This document shows positions 13,397-26,254 of a stretch of 60,000 nucleotides of DNA, piece after piece. This stretch comes from Lytechinus pictus. Its lineage: Eukaryota. The first letter of the stretch is position 1, and each line of letters begins with the position of its first letter. The stretch spans positions 26,600,001 to 26,660,000 of the forward strand of contig NC_087251.1 of NCBI RefSeq assembly GCF_037042905.1, written 5' to 3'. A program made the position numbers and the translations under genes. The notes beneath the pieces were generated by a model, which was given only the letters and a program-made list of their open reading frames with translations, did not search any database and was not told the origin of the DNA.

Positions 13397-13432
13397 ACTA
13401 TCCTGCACTCTGACGTCAGAGTGCAGGATAGT
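13397..13432. repeat. Perfect 36-bp palindrome centred on TGACGTCA, inside a ~420-bp repeat-like segment (~13308-13720)
   Basis: actatcctgcactctgac|gtcagagtgcaggatagt. Confidence 0.9.
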
Positions 13433-14360
13433 ACGAGTTCTGGAATTATAAAGAATTATCTAGAATTTAGATCAAATATATCCTTCAGGGCAACTCAGTA
13501 ACATGGATGAGGGGGGAGGGGTTGTATAAAACAAACAATACACGCATTCTTGTGCATAGAGGACCTAAATAATGAACTCTGTGCTCGACTCGCCAAATGG
13601 ATATAACGCACTCGGTCCTGCGGACCTCAGTGCAGTATATATCCATCAATTGGCTCTTCACGCACATCGTTCATCATTTGGCCCTGCATGCACGCGCTTA
13701 CGTGCATTATTTGTATAATATTTCATTCCCATTTAAGATAAGTTTGAATGCACAAATCTAATTTCTTGTAACATTGATTGATCAAAATTTTAAATGCATG
13801 CATATCCATTTCTATGAGCATATTTATTGTAAAATATATAGAAATTCCTTTCATAAAGCTGTAAAAAAACAGTTTCATTTCAAATTAACTATAGACAACA
13901 TTTTATATTCCATGATTATTGGAGAAGACTCACACAGACCTCTTGATACTAAGGATTCCAACAATAATACTAATATGTAAATTAACATTATGCAAATTGT
14001 ATTAGACCATACATTGACATAAAAAATTACTTAATATAATAATAATAATGATAATAATAATAATAACAATAATAACAATGACAATAAAATAACAACAATA
14101 ACAGCAATAGTAATAAGACTTTCATTTTCTAAATTCATATCATAATGGAATATTAACAAATATCATTGGTGTTTAATAGCAAGGCCAAACACCTTCAAAA
14201 AAATAAAGAGATTAATGTTACTATTAAATATCAATGCAATAAAAATGAATTAATACCGACCAAAGGGGTATCTCTGTTACACTAGACATTAAAAAAAAAT
14301 CCTTTCTGAAAAGAAAATAATCACAATCTCTAATTATTTTTTTGTTGTTGTTCAGCTTAC

Positions 14361-14421
14361 CTGAATATGCTTGTGTGAGTCAGGCAGTGATGGGCCAAGA
14401 CTTCCTCAGAAGGCCAAACAC
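14361..14421 (-). CDS. CAMKMT: CAMKMT coding exon 4
   Basis: (C)[19 protein letters not shown](R) vs human [21 protein letters not shown]; 61 nt. Confidence 0.95.
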
Positions 14422-15159
14422 CTATGGGGGAGGGGGGAGTTTCATAAGGAGAGGAGAAAGGAAGAGAATAGTAAGAAGAGAATGAGTGACAGGGTAATGT
14501 GGGCGAGAAAGAGAGGTAGACAAGTAGGCCATCAAAGTGAGAGGCAGAGATTCAGGAATAAAGAAGGGGTAGAATATACGTGTGAATATACATCTATATA
14601 ACTAATGTGTTCAATGTGAACAGATAATGCACAAGTGACAATATTCATCAACAATTTAGAATGCATGTCAGTGCTTCAGTTTACCCATGTTTTTCCTGTT
14701 TTTTAATAACCTTTTCAAGGTAAATTCCAAGAATTTAAGATTTCAAGATTTTACAAAGATAGTTATGGATAAATGGGCCTGGGATTTAATGTTAGATCAT
14801 AGAAAATAAGTCCTCTCATGTTAGATGGCAAAAGCATACATATAACTCATATTCTCTTCATCAAATTGATCTATGCCCTTCTTTTTTGGCTCTCCAGCTT
14901 GAAACATCAAGTTTGAAGGCAAAAAATTGAATTAGGATAATGTTAAAATTGTGAAGTAAATGAAAAGCATGTAATCATGAAAAAAGAGATATGAGTCATT
15001 CATGTTGCTCACAAGGTTTATTGATGTGAGGATTCCCATCATCCTCTAACTGAACAAGGCATTGGGGATTTACACAATGGATGACTTGTTGTGTTCTTCT
15101 AAAGTGTTCTAAAGAATGTATCATAATGTAATGAAATAAAGACAATGTGGTATACTTAC

Positions 15160-15221
15160 AGACATTCCCAGTATTGTTGAAACCTATCAATTCCTCAGGG
15201 GAGAACTGCTGTTTGAGATGT
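15160..15221 (-). CDS. CAMKMT: CAMKMT coding exon 3
   Basis: (R)HLKQQFSPEELIGFNNTGNV vs human ...SFDNTGNV; 62 nt. Confidence 0.95.
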
Positions 15222-15296
15222 CTACAAAGTTTCCAAGAAAAGAAAGAAACAAACTATATTTGAAATTTGACGTTGACAAGAATGCAAAGTCAAATG

Positions 15297-15582
15297 GCGT
15301 GTTTCTACAGAGAATCGTTAAAATGGTTTAACTTTTCCGGAATTAAAAAAACGTATCGCCCTTTCTACAGAGCGAATAATCCGATTAACTCACATTCCGC
15401 ATCGCAAATAAACAGATAAACACTGCAATAACCACCTCCCAGACGGTGGTTATGAGAAACCATATTTTGCACAATGCGGTTTATCAATAAACCGCATCGC
15501 GTCTGTCTCTACAGGGAAGTTTTCCAGAATTCTGGATACTTACGCAGGTAATACCGTTTAACGATTCTCTGTAGAAACACGC
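15297..15582. mobile_element. MITE with 26-bp TIRs
   Basis: gcgtgtttctacagagaatcgttaaa ... tttaacgattctctgtagaaacacgc. Confidence 0.75.
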
Positions 15583-16343
15583 TGAAAGTCATAACTAATG
15601 AGAAGGCTATGTGGGATTGGATAAAATGAGGACATTCTTATAATTATTACAACACAATATTGAGATACAAACAAGCATCACATGGGGGGGGGTCAATTTT
15701 TTTTTCTCCAAAATGCATAAATGTGTGAGTTTACTATCATGATTAGTATGAGCTGTTAAATCTTCATCCAGATATAGTAAACAAATTTACCTTCAACAAG
15801 CATCAAATACTCTTGTTGCTAAGTTTTATGCTTTGGTAAGCTGCACATGTAAAGATTCTACACATTCTAACTGGTCACCATTTCATCATGCACGTGTGCA
15901 ATATTGCAGGGCTCTCTCTCATACATGAAAAACGAGTGAGGCAAAACAATGCATCAGGCATTAAAATATGTGTCAACTGGTACATGGACAAAATGTTGTT
16001 CCTCACCATGTCATCTGGCATCAAGTTAACAAGAAATATGTCTCTAATTAATTCTAGACACTGAAATATGCACAGTTGCACACTGAATTGTTTTTCTTTC
16101 AATGCAGGGATGCCTGAAGTGTTGTTTCCATATTCCCAGAATAATATAATAATTTTGACAATTCAGATATTTTTGTTTTGATTATGAACCAGTTGTGTTA
16201 TTTTATTTATATCAAGAAGTAGGTAAAAAATTGCCTTATCCCAAATGGGTGGGGGCAATAGATGAGTCCTGCTGATAGCCTGCGCTGACAGCCCTAGTGT
16301 AACAGCAACTTGCAAACTAGATCTCAAATAATATCATACAAAC

Positions 16344-16528
16344 CTGATTGTGATGCAGAAATCTTTGTGTGATGGACTGGTGTACTGAAACCAAGAATAG
16401 TTCTCTGTGCCCTCTGACAATGGTGAAAGCAAAATATTTTTTTTGGTTGTCAACAATCCGTAAGAACTGAATCTCCGTACAGACACCTCACTGGTTACGT
16501 TTTTTCTTAATCCTTTGTTTATCAGAGC
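16344..16528 (-). CDS. CAMKMT: CAMKMT coding exon 2
   Basis: ALINKGLRKNVTSEVSVRRFSSYGLL...WFQYTSPSHKDFCITIR vs human VSVRRFESFNLF...WVQYTS; 185 nt. Confidence 0.95.
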
Positions 16529-16956
16529 CTGTAAGAGATTGAAAGAGGAAAATGTCATTGGCCAATCAATGCGAGCGACGAGTTCCGAACCCATGCACAA
16601 AAACAATAAGTGATATGAAGACAAGCGCAACGCAGTGGCACGAATCGCGATATATGGCGACTGGTAAAGACGTCTATAAGGATGAAGACGTCATTCAAGA
16701 TGGCAATTAACGATGACCAACGAAAGTCAAAGGATTGAGGATGATTCTTTTGATCATCATTTGAAAGGAATTAGCGGTAACTAAGCCTGAGTCGAATCAA
16801 TTTTAGAATCAGTGTTCGATCAATGTCATGGAGCGCCGATGCAAATTTTGCAAAATCGGTGCATCAAAAAAAAAAAATGACAGTGTAAAGGAAAGAAATG
16901 CGGCCGTTTCGTTTGGTACACACAATCATCAAACTAAACAGTAATGTCTAACTTAA

Positions 16957-19900
16957 AGTATACATCCAAAGAAAATTCACGAAAGTGATGATTATAGACA
17001 AATTATATATGAATGGAAAGGTCTTGTCTTTTTATACACAAATATGTCACTAAAAAGTCTTATTGATGTCGTGGAAATGCAAGAAATGAAATTATTAGAG
17101 ACCCTTCTCAGCCCCCCAGCCGCCCCCAGACAGACAATAACGCGATCAAATACAGTCGAGAATAATGACGTCACATGATGATTAACTCACTCAGCCGCTC
17201 TCTAGCTCTGTGCAAGCCAGCAGTACACTGATAGCTGATTCACCTTCCTGGTCTCTATTTTTCTTCGAATTTACCGTTTTCTTCATGTATTGTGATATCC
17301 GAATTCTGTTTTCGACAACTTCAGACTATAAGGGAACCAGAACTGTGTTATTTTGCCCGTTTTTTATTGAATTGTGAACTGGAAAGATCGATTTTGTCCA
17401 CTCGACAGTCTTCGTTGTGTTGCTCTACTAACTATTGAAAAACTCCAAGCTGCACGGTCCCATTCACTTGCTCCAGATGCATGTTGCAGGTTACGCTGTT
17501 TGATCCAGTCAAAAGTCAAGGTAAGCATGTTTGGAAACTGTACTTGTTCTGACGATGCATTCAGGTCAGATGACAGATACAGATCTGATATAAGTTTAGA
17601 ATCATGCATTTTGGCGTATACTATTAAAATTAAAAAGTCTTTATTTTAGAAATAATGTTTTTGCACAATTCCAGCAGATTTTTTCTTCAGATTTCTAAAA
17701 CTGGTCAGGACTCAGGCAGGCGATTAAATTATTTAGGAGCACTGGTATGGACCATGGCTGAAAATCTGCTGTTTCAGAGGAATGTTTAAGTTTTTATTAT
17801 ACACAGAATTATATCACCATGATGCCGATGTCATGAAGCCAGACAAATTTTCAGCAGTGATTACCCTGATTCCTGGCCAAAATCACTCACATGTATTGCG
17901 AGGTTAGTATTAGTATACTAACCTCGCACCACGAACCGCGTTTGGCGGTGGATTTCTAACTAGTGGGTCGCGCGTGCTGGGATCTCACTTCTTGGGTCCA
18001 CAACACACGACTTCTATGGCTTGAATTTTCTGTGCGCGGCGGCATGTAATGAACCCTTGGGTGGGCCAAAATTAGAGTCTGGTGTTTCTTTCTGATTAGA
18101 GTGTTGCTGCATATATGCATGCGTAATGCCTTCAACAATGAAGATAAATGCAATCTTTGTAATGACACAGAGACTCAGAGAGCACCGTACCTCAAGTGAT
18201 GTTCGTGTAGTCTCCACTTCACTACTGCTACAGCCTACACTACGCTACACACCTACCCGGGTAGGTGTGGCGTACATGTACGGTAGTGTAGCGGTAGTGA
18301 AGTGGAGTGGGGCCTACATAAACATCACTTGAGGTAGAGCACCAGTGTTCTGAGTGGAACTTTTCAGGTGTCTTAACCTACTATCATTTGTTGTTGACCG
18401 GGAATTACATGCCACCGCACGTCATCAATCATCACGATAATTAAATTCATACTTTGATTTTATTATTTAAACTATTTCTTTTTTTCTCTCTTCTACAGAC
18501 AGATCTGCACACTTGCTGACTCTTGTGACTTCTGGTCTCTGCTTGCTAACTCAATCTGGGAGATTCCATCATGTCCTTTTACTATGATTTGGATATAGCC
18601 ATTTTTTTCTTCACTCTTTCCAGGACCTACGGTTTGCAAGTTGTGGACTGATAATGATACAAAAGAAAAATTTTCTTTATCAATCTTGGAAACAATTTTG
18701 AGCACAGTTTTGGAGAGAACTAAGAAATTTGACTTGGACAGGAATACAGCTTGTCAAAAATAATAACACACAATTTAAAACGAAAGAACAATTTTAATGT
18801 TACTAGGGCATTTTGCGAGAAATGTTATACTCAATCACACGTCCCAAATCAAGGGTAAGTCCTTTGATTAAACATGTAGTTGAATTGCGATTGCAACTCG
18901 ACCTTATTACGCTTGAATTTGAATTTAAGACTTACGCTTGATTTGCAATTGAACATAAGTTTCTTGCAGTGCCCCATAATTATGTTTTGTTATCAGATAT
19001 TTAACGTGCTGATTTTTCTCGAAAGGTATAATATATTTGTCCTTTTAAATGGTATTTGAATATGGGTACGCCTTTTATTTGTTTTCCACAATATTTATTG
19101 CATGTATGAACAGAAGTGAAATATTTATTGTGAAGCACTGTGAATGTTGTGTGCTGTTGTGTGATGTTTCATCATTTTTGTTATAAGACTGAAAGCCTGG
19201 TGGATGTGAGGAAGTGGCCTGGATGAAAGAAAAGTGAACATGTGTCCAATTACTGATTTGCATATTCTAAGACAATTTTGTGTCTGGATAAATTTTGCTA
19301 TGCATTCCCTACATTAAGAGTAAAGGAGAAGTCCACGCAATCAAAAATTCATTTGAATTTAAAGAAAAATAAGATATTGCAGGAAATTTCATAAAAACTT
19401 TGATTCAAATTTATATAATTACTATTTTAACAGTTCCGTAAATATAACCTATTGTGATCAGATAAAGAGTTTCCTATCGTCAAATCTGCAAAGAATAAAA
19501 AACAAAATGCCACAAAAAATAGAAACCAATGTGATGTGAGTGACAACTCTAATTTGCATATCATTGTTTTGTGTATGACTGTTTTGAGTAAAAACAACAA
19601 GGAAAATTACTCTATTCAAATAATTTTTAGTTGATGTGGACTTGACTTTTAACTCTACCCCTCCCATCCCAAATAAGAGTAGAAATAATCTAATCAAGAA
19701 CTTGAAAATCAAAAGCAGCAATTAAGAAGCAAGATTTGATAAATACAGGTCTGAATAGAATTTCACAAGAAAATAAAAAGAGAAAAAAAGATGGGTAGGG
19801 ACGGGGAAGGAATTTAAAAAAAAATGCCCAGAAAAAAAAATCAGAGTTTCGAACCAGGGTCCTCGCACATGACAAAACAATGGCCAACGCATTTGGCCAC

Positions 19901-20598
19901 AGACCATTGCCCTACCGGAAAGATATTTTAAAGATATATGAAATAAAGTCCGCTCGCCGCTGTTGCCTAATAATGCTTCGGCAATTCAACTGCAATTTCA
20001 GTCATTTCGCGATGGATATTGCCGTGTTTTTTTTGTGGTTCCTGACTTTGCTACTTAATGAAATTTCATAATTTTTGTTCAGTCATAAAGAAGAATGTCT
20101 ATGCTTTATATTGATTATAATATTAATGTGACGCAAGTGTGATTTCTACGTGAAAATATGCTTTGTTTATTCACATATATTTCTTGAAAAAAAAAAAAAT
20201 TCTAAGCTAAATATCGGTTACCAAAATGCGTTAAATGTGCACTTTTTTTCACTGTTCAGTAAATTCAAACTTTTATCTATATAACAAGACCAATATTAAG
20301 AGCAATAAACAATTCTAAGAGCAAAAAACGCTATTTGGAAAGATCGTCTCCAATGGGCTGCTGTCAGCTCAGCTGCTCACTGCTCATTGTGTGACGTCAC
20401 TCAGCTGGAGCTCGCAAGAGGACCGGTGGAAGGCAGAAATATGGCATGAAAATAAATCATTTTTGAGAGCTGATTTCTGCAAACTCTGATCACTATTTTG
20501 AAAAGTGAAGTTATATATCTGATTAGTAATACTTCCCCTTTACAATGATGACCACAATAAGTCATTATAAAATACTTTTGATTCTTCGGATGTATACT
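16957..20598. mobile_element. 3.6-kb non-autonomous Kolobok-type DNA transposon
   Basis: TTAA on both sides (16953-16956, 20599-20602); TIR agtatacatccaaagaa / ttcttcggatgtatact; no recognisable transposase ORF. Confidence 0.7.
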
Positions 20599-21024
20599 TT
20601 AACAAATCCTAACTACTACTTACTTACATTCCCCAAAATGAAACCTATTGTGTAATTATGATGCCTATTCGCCATTAATTTGAAGTTTACTTTGATCCTA
20701 GTTCCAGTTTTACTCGTCTGTTCGCTTCTTGCTGAGATACCTGTAATTTATGCATGATCAATTCATTCATGGAACTGGATGGACGGTTGCTGGCTATTCA
20801 TGTATGAGAGTAGGCTGTCTGTTTCGGATCTATTTACGATTATGAAAGTGTCATCGACGTATCTCTTCCACACCCGAGGGTGGCATGTGGAAGGACACTT
20901 GGGCAAAGCGTTCTGTTCAAAACCTTCCATATATAGGTTAGCCACAACCGCTGAGACTGGGCTACCCATTGCTGCTCCTTCTGTTTGCTCATAGAAAGAG
21001 CCTCTGTACAGAAAATATGTGGAC

Positions 21025-22226
21025 GTACCACACTTATGCCCGAACAAATAGCCGAACTCCTGGAGTTCGTCCTCAGGTCCACATATTTTCTGTACAGAGG
21101 CTCTTTCTATGAGCAAACAGAAGGAGCAGCAATGGGTAGCCCAGTCTCAGCGGTTGTGGCTAACCTATATATGGAAGGTTTTGAACAGAACGCTTTGCCC
21201 AAGTGTCCTTCCACATGCCACCCTCGGGTGTGGAAGAGATACGTCGATGACACTTTCATAATCGTAAATAGATCCGAAACAGACAGCCTACTCTCATACA
21301 TGAATAGCCAGCAACCGTCCATCCAGTTCACTCTGGAGACTGAGCAAGGAGGGAAATTAGCATTCCTTGACACGCTAGTCCAAAGACACGAGGGCGGGAA
21401 ACTTTCCACCTCTGTCTACCGCAAGCTCACTCATACAGACCAATACATACCATATGATTCTCATCACGACAAATCGGTCAAGAAGGGTCTCGTTAAATGC
21501 CTGTTCGACAGAGCAGCACGTATCATAACTCACCCACCTGAACTCCCGAAAGAAAGAGCACACATACGTGGCGCCTTGTACAGCAACGGCTACCCACGCC
21601 CTTTTATCAAGAACACTTTCAAGAAAAAACAACCACCAAGGGATCAGAAGGTTTTCAAGACTTGCACAGTCTTGCCATACATAGATGGCCTCTCACAACA
21701 ACTTAAACGCCGATTAGAAGGTCACGGTATCCGAACGGTTTTCCGCTCGGACACCACCTTACGCAAACAGCTTGTACACCCCAAAGACCCTGTCCCTGAT
21801 CACAGACGTGATGGCGTAGTATACAACATTCCTTGCCAGGGATGTGACGGGTCTTACATCGGAGAAACAGCCCGACCGATAGTTGAACGCATTTCTGAAC
21901 ACAAGCGCGATGTTCGGTTACAGCGAACCGACACATCCGCGGTGGCAGAACATGCTTGGGAGAAGCAACACCACCCAGATTGGGAGGGTGTACAATGCAT
22001 TGCCAAAGAGAGACATTGGTATACACGCAGGATTAAGGAGGCTATTAGTATACGTCTTTGTCCTAACAACTTCAACAGAGACAGCGGGATCGACATCCCC
22101 GACTTCTGGATGCGAACCATCCGACAGCACAATACCCCCTTACCTGGCAGTGCACGCCGACCCGATCGTTCCCGGCCCCGAACGAGGGACCGCTCAGCTA
22201 GTCAGCCCCCGCCCACGGGAAACTAG
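21025..22226 (+). CDS. Penelope reverse transcriptase (C-terminal half) plus GIY-YIG endonuclease, 5'-truncated
   Basis: QTEGAAMGSPVS, WKRYVDDTF, FLD, VYRKLTHTDQY, GVVYNIPCQGCDGSYIGET, RISEH, AEH and NRDSG motifs; uninterrupted. The first ~13 aa of the ORF-track call come from the inverted arm. Confidence 0.93.
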
Positions 22227-22423
22227 CGAGCCCGCCAATTTTGTCTAATTTGCATATTGCCGACCCACGGCGTATTTGCATATACCCCCGGCTTATTTGC
22301 ATACACGGATTACCGGCCGTACCGCATCCGACGCAACGGATCAATGCCCACCTATTGTTCTCGCGTTCGTGCGTACGGTCCCGGAGATTAGTATAAATAG
22401 AATACGTCATCAGATAATTTTCG

Positions 22424-22464
22424 TCACTTGATAAAGAGTTGCAGCGGCACTCGAAAGCTCGTGA
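22424..22464 (+). ncRNA. Variant minimal type-I hammerhead ribozyme in the Penelope pLTR
   Basis: tcac-ttgataaa-gagttgc(agcg)gcactc-gaaa-gc-tc-gtga: stem I tcac/gtga, stem II, GAAA, palindromic AGCU mini stem III, UC cleavage site. The core differs from canonical CUGANGA. Confidence 0.6.
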
Positions 22465-24235
22465 ACTTGTAAGCTAGTGAACACTTTTTGCGAGAGTGAT
22501 CACGAATTTCCTAGAAAGCCAGTGAACACTTTTTGCGAGAGTGATCACGAATTTCCTTGTTGACCATAGTAGATTGCGAGACAAATGAATACCCTCTAGC
22601 GATTATTTCAATCCGCAATAATGAACCTATTTAGTATTATTAAATATCTACATTATTTAATCGTAATATCTTAACAATAATTTTCATATAATCATTTATA
22701 TGAACTTGATGTAAAACATTTGTATTTCGCTTTCATAATGACGGACATCGCAAATTCGTGATCGAGGGATGAGCTGCACTTGTCTCAAAAAACTATGTCA
22801 GGAGTGATTCTCGAACATCGTCTTTGCAGAAACCCTTCTCACTATCATAATAATATCACTATAGAATACCATTTTACATGATAAAGCAGAGAAAATTATG
22901 TTTGATATTTATTTCCATCAGTTTGAAGCTAGTAACTTGTGCCCAACTCGGTTTATAGCTCTGAATTCATGAATGGAAAATATGTCATCAATCATGCATG
23001 CGCATTGTGCTTCTTTTCTCAGAGACATCGACAGAGATGGTATAAATACTTCCACATGAACATAACATAACTTTGCTGACATTGACAACACTTTATTAGT
23101 ATGGGCATAGAATCTTATTAAATAGTAATAATTAAACAAAAATTTACATACAATAATCACTCATATAAATTCAGAGCTCGATTCGAGTCATTCATATCCA
23201 TTTTGATCGTTGGTGCTCTGCACTTGTGTTGTGTTTAACGTTAAAAATTAAAAAAAGATTATCATTATCAATCATTTCAGGATTAATTCTCGAACATCGT
23301 CAAAATTCATATTCCACAAACTTTCCTCACAACTGTTACAATCAGCATAGAATACCAATTTAAATGACCATCCAGAGAAAATTACGTATGATTTTTATTC
23401 CCATCAATTTGGAGCTCATTTTGGATCCAACTACATCTCAGGCAAATTACATGCTCTCCGCTAGTATAGCACTTGTTGGCCGGTAAGCACACCTGTTGTT
23501 TCAGGAGAGTGAGTGTAAGGGGCTAGGCTGCGTACGGGGCTGTAGTGTGTGTGAGTACGAATCTGGACTGTGAATGCAGTTGACCGAGAATCGTTTGGAT
23601 CGACTCTGCGTAATTCATGTCTTTCATATTATTTTATTTGTTGTCATCTGCAAATATCATTGTTTTAGATATTTTGGGAAAAATTCTGTATTGGTCCTCT
23701 TTTTTGTGATCATGGAAAATACAAACGATCTTTGCTCTGTCATCTGCTTGTGCAACGCTTAGCCCTTTCAGCGCATATCGTCGCAGTGCTAGTGCATGCA
23801 TCGACGGAGCAACAAAATTGACTTGATTTTCCCCGTCTTCAAAATTCACTGCATTGATGTTTGATCGAATTAAAGCTGTCGATCATCGGTTTACAAAATA
23901 ATCAATATGACTCTGGCCTAGCAATAACTGCGGTCTAAGGTACGAAATTTCTTAATTTTATATAATTTCTAGTCAAGTTGGATGTACACTGTACTAACTG
24001 TAGACTACTTTCTTTTTTTAAAAGTGATATTTTATGTACAAAAAAAAAAACGATCAAAAATTGAGTTTCCGCAGAATGTTAGAGCTAACATTACTGCTAA
24101 TACTTTGTCTTTACCTACGGGCCTCCAAATACTTAAGTCTATGTATTTGTGAGAGAAGCCAACGTAGTTCAACGGAACAACCGAATACAGAGACTGAATC
24201 TTTTGGTCTAATAATAACCTTGTTCATTGAATGAG

Positions 24236-26254
24236 CAGGCCTCTACAAAAAAAAATTACATCACTTGCCCTGTTGGGCAAGTGATAAAAAAATTAGCTTG
24301 CCCGATTTTTTCAAAAATTCTTTTGCTCTTAATTATTCTTTTCTGTTCTGGTTGAACTTGATTTACTGGTGCTGGCCTCGGCATCTCTTTTTCTTTACTC
24401 TTGTTCAAGTTGTTCTGGTCGCCGATCGCATGACAAAAGTCGTCTATTTGAGTCGTCAGTCGCCTATTTTAGTCAGACGACTCATTGTTTATTTGGTTTG
24501 AAGTTGAAGCGGAGTCCTGGCCGAGTCAGTCAGTCCGAAGCTTGCATGCATTCAGCGCGATCTAGCTCGAGAGTCGGCTGGCTCGCAATCGCTCGTGTAC
24601 GTACGTACATGTACTGTAGCACCGATGTATTAGAGCAGGGGTTCTCAATAGGTGGCGCGCACGCCACTTGTGGCGCACCGAGCCTTGCGGAGTGGCGCTT
24701 GGGAGCCGGTATAAAAAATAAAGGAAAAATAAGGGAGAAAAAATGTATCTACCAGTAACCTGGCAATAAGGTTTTGGTGATCATTTTAATACAGAGAGAA
24801 AACAAAAACTCTTTACTTGACACTTAATTGCTAATTGATTTCCTCAAATTTTGTCAAATTTAGCACTCGATAACCCCTATTATGGAGGATCGATGGTGTT
24901 CTCCTTTTTATTTATTCTACGCTGTACAAAGTTTTTGTGCCGCACAAGTGATTTGAAAACCCTGTTTGTAGGATTTCTATTTCAACGGAGAGAAATTTTG
25001 CATTTCCAGAGTATACGTTTTGGTTAAGAGTTAAACATCAAATGATATGATATTCAAAGAACACCCTGATCATAAAAGATTATGAATTTGGGACATAACA
25101 AGCAGAAACTTTGTTTCCGAAGCCGATTAAAATCCGATGTTGTAAAAGTGAAATAAATGTATGCTCAGATGCATCGTCTGCCGTGATTGCCTGCATGCAC
25201 TCTTGCTTAACATGAACTGAATGAATGATACTGCACGTGAGTTATAGAGAGAGAGGGGCAGTTGGGGCGTTAGTGCAGTGCAACGCCTAATTTTCAGCCC
25301 TTGCAAAATCGGGGAACGTAGCTTCAACCACTGGCGTACAGATGGGGGTGGCGATTGGGGGGGGGGGGCAAATGTTTCATGGCCAAGAAAAAAAAGGAGA
25401 AAGGGAAAGAAAAGGAAAGGGAAAGAGTGGAATATTGTATTATTTTCTTAATATTATGTCAAAATATAGATATTTGTATTGCAAAGTTCAATATTTTTGC
25501 TTCAGCTGCCATATCTAGCCCCCTCATTTTTTTTTTTTACTCATTACGCCACTTGCTTCAGCCAATATATCTGGGGCAGAACAGTCTGAACTAGTGGTAT
25601 CATTGGTATGTTGTGAAAAATTCACTGGTCATTTTTCTTTTAATATTGATATTGTGTAGTTTATTGGCATTTGTATTTCTTCTGTTGATATTAATTAGAG
25701 CCCCTCTGGGCAATTTAAAAGGCCTCATATTCCAAAACGTCTGGGGGCTCTGCCCCCTCGACCCCCACCAGGGGCCTCTGAACCCCCTCCGCTGATACAT
25801 TGCTGGTTTGCGCAATGGACAGTGGAGCATTGCAGATTCTCAACATGAAATGTGGCGCTTCAAAAAAAGTAATTGAGAATGGCTGTATTAGAGCATGCGC
25901 TAAGAGGGCGAGAGAGGGGTTTCCCCAGCTAGCTCCTTCGTCGATTAGTAGCTCATGCGCACAGTATAGTTTAGAAAGTAAGATGGCAGCCCCCATCCAA
26001 CGGAACCGTTGGCGATAAATTGTCGGTAAATTGGCGCTGATTTGACATGTTTCCACTGTTTTTTGACTGGTATGACATTTTGTATGAGAGATAATTGGCC
26101 GATAATTGCAATTTATCGAAAAATTCTTAAAATTTACTGTAATATTGTTTTCATTTTAAAAACAACCACTTGCCCGATCTGGCAATTGACTTTGAGAAAT
26201 GCTTGCCCACACGTCATTTTCACTTGCCCGGGCAAGCGGTTTTGTTGCGCCCTA
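24236..26254. mobile_element. Non-autonomous hAT-like element (outer)
   Basis: Ends caggcctctacaaaa / ttttgttgcgcccta, subterminal cttgccc/gggcaag repeats, direct repeat gaatgag on both flanks. Confidence 0.6.
24636..25885. mobile_element. Non-autonomous hAT (Charlie/Buster-type) element nested in the previous one
   Basis: Perfect 8-bp TSD tattagag (24628-24635, 25886-25893); TIR caggggttctcaa / ttgagaatggctg. Confidence 0.85.

Larger units (their letters stand above)
20772..22557 (+). mobile_element. 5'-truncated Penelope-like retroelement with an inverted 5' duplication and a 3' pLTR-like region
   Basis: RT plus GIY-YIG ORF; 20772-21024 is the reverse complement of 21077-21329; 3' region has TATA, a hammerhead-like motif and a duplicated 42-bp tail. 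Confidence 0.92.

Noticed and set aside
20763..21116. Minus-strand 117-aa ORF with RT motifs (YVDD)
   Set aside because: It is the inverted duplicate arm of the Penelope ORF, not a second gene.
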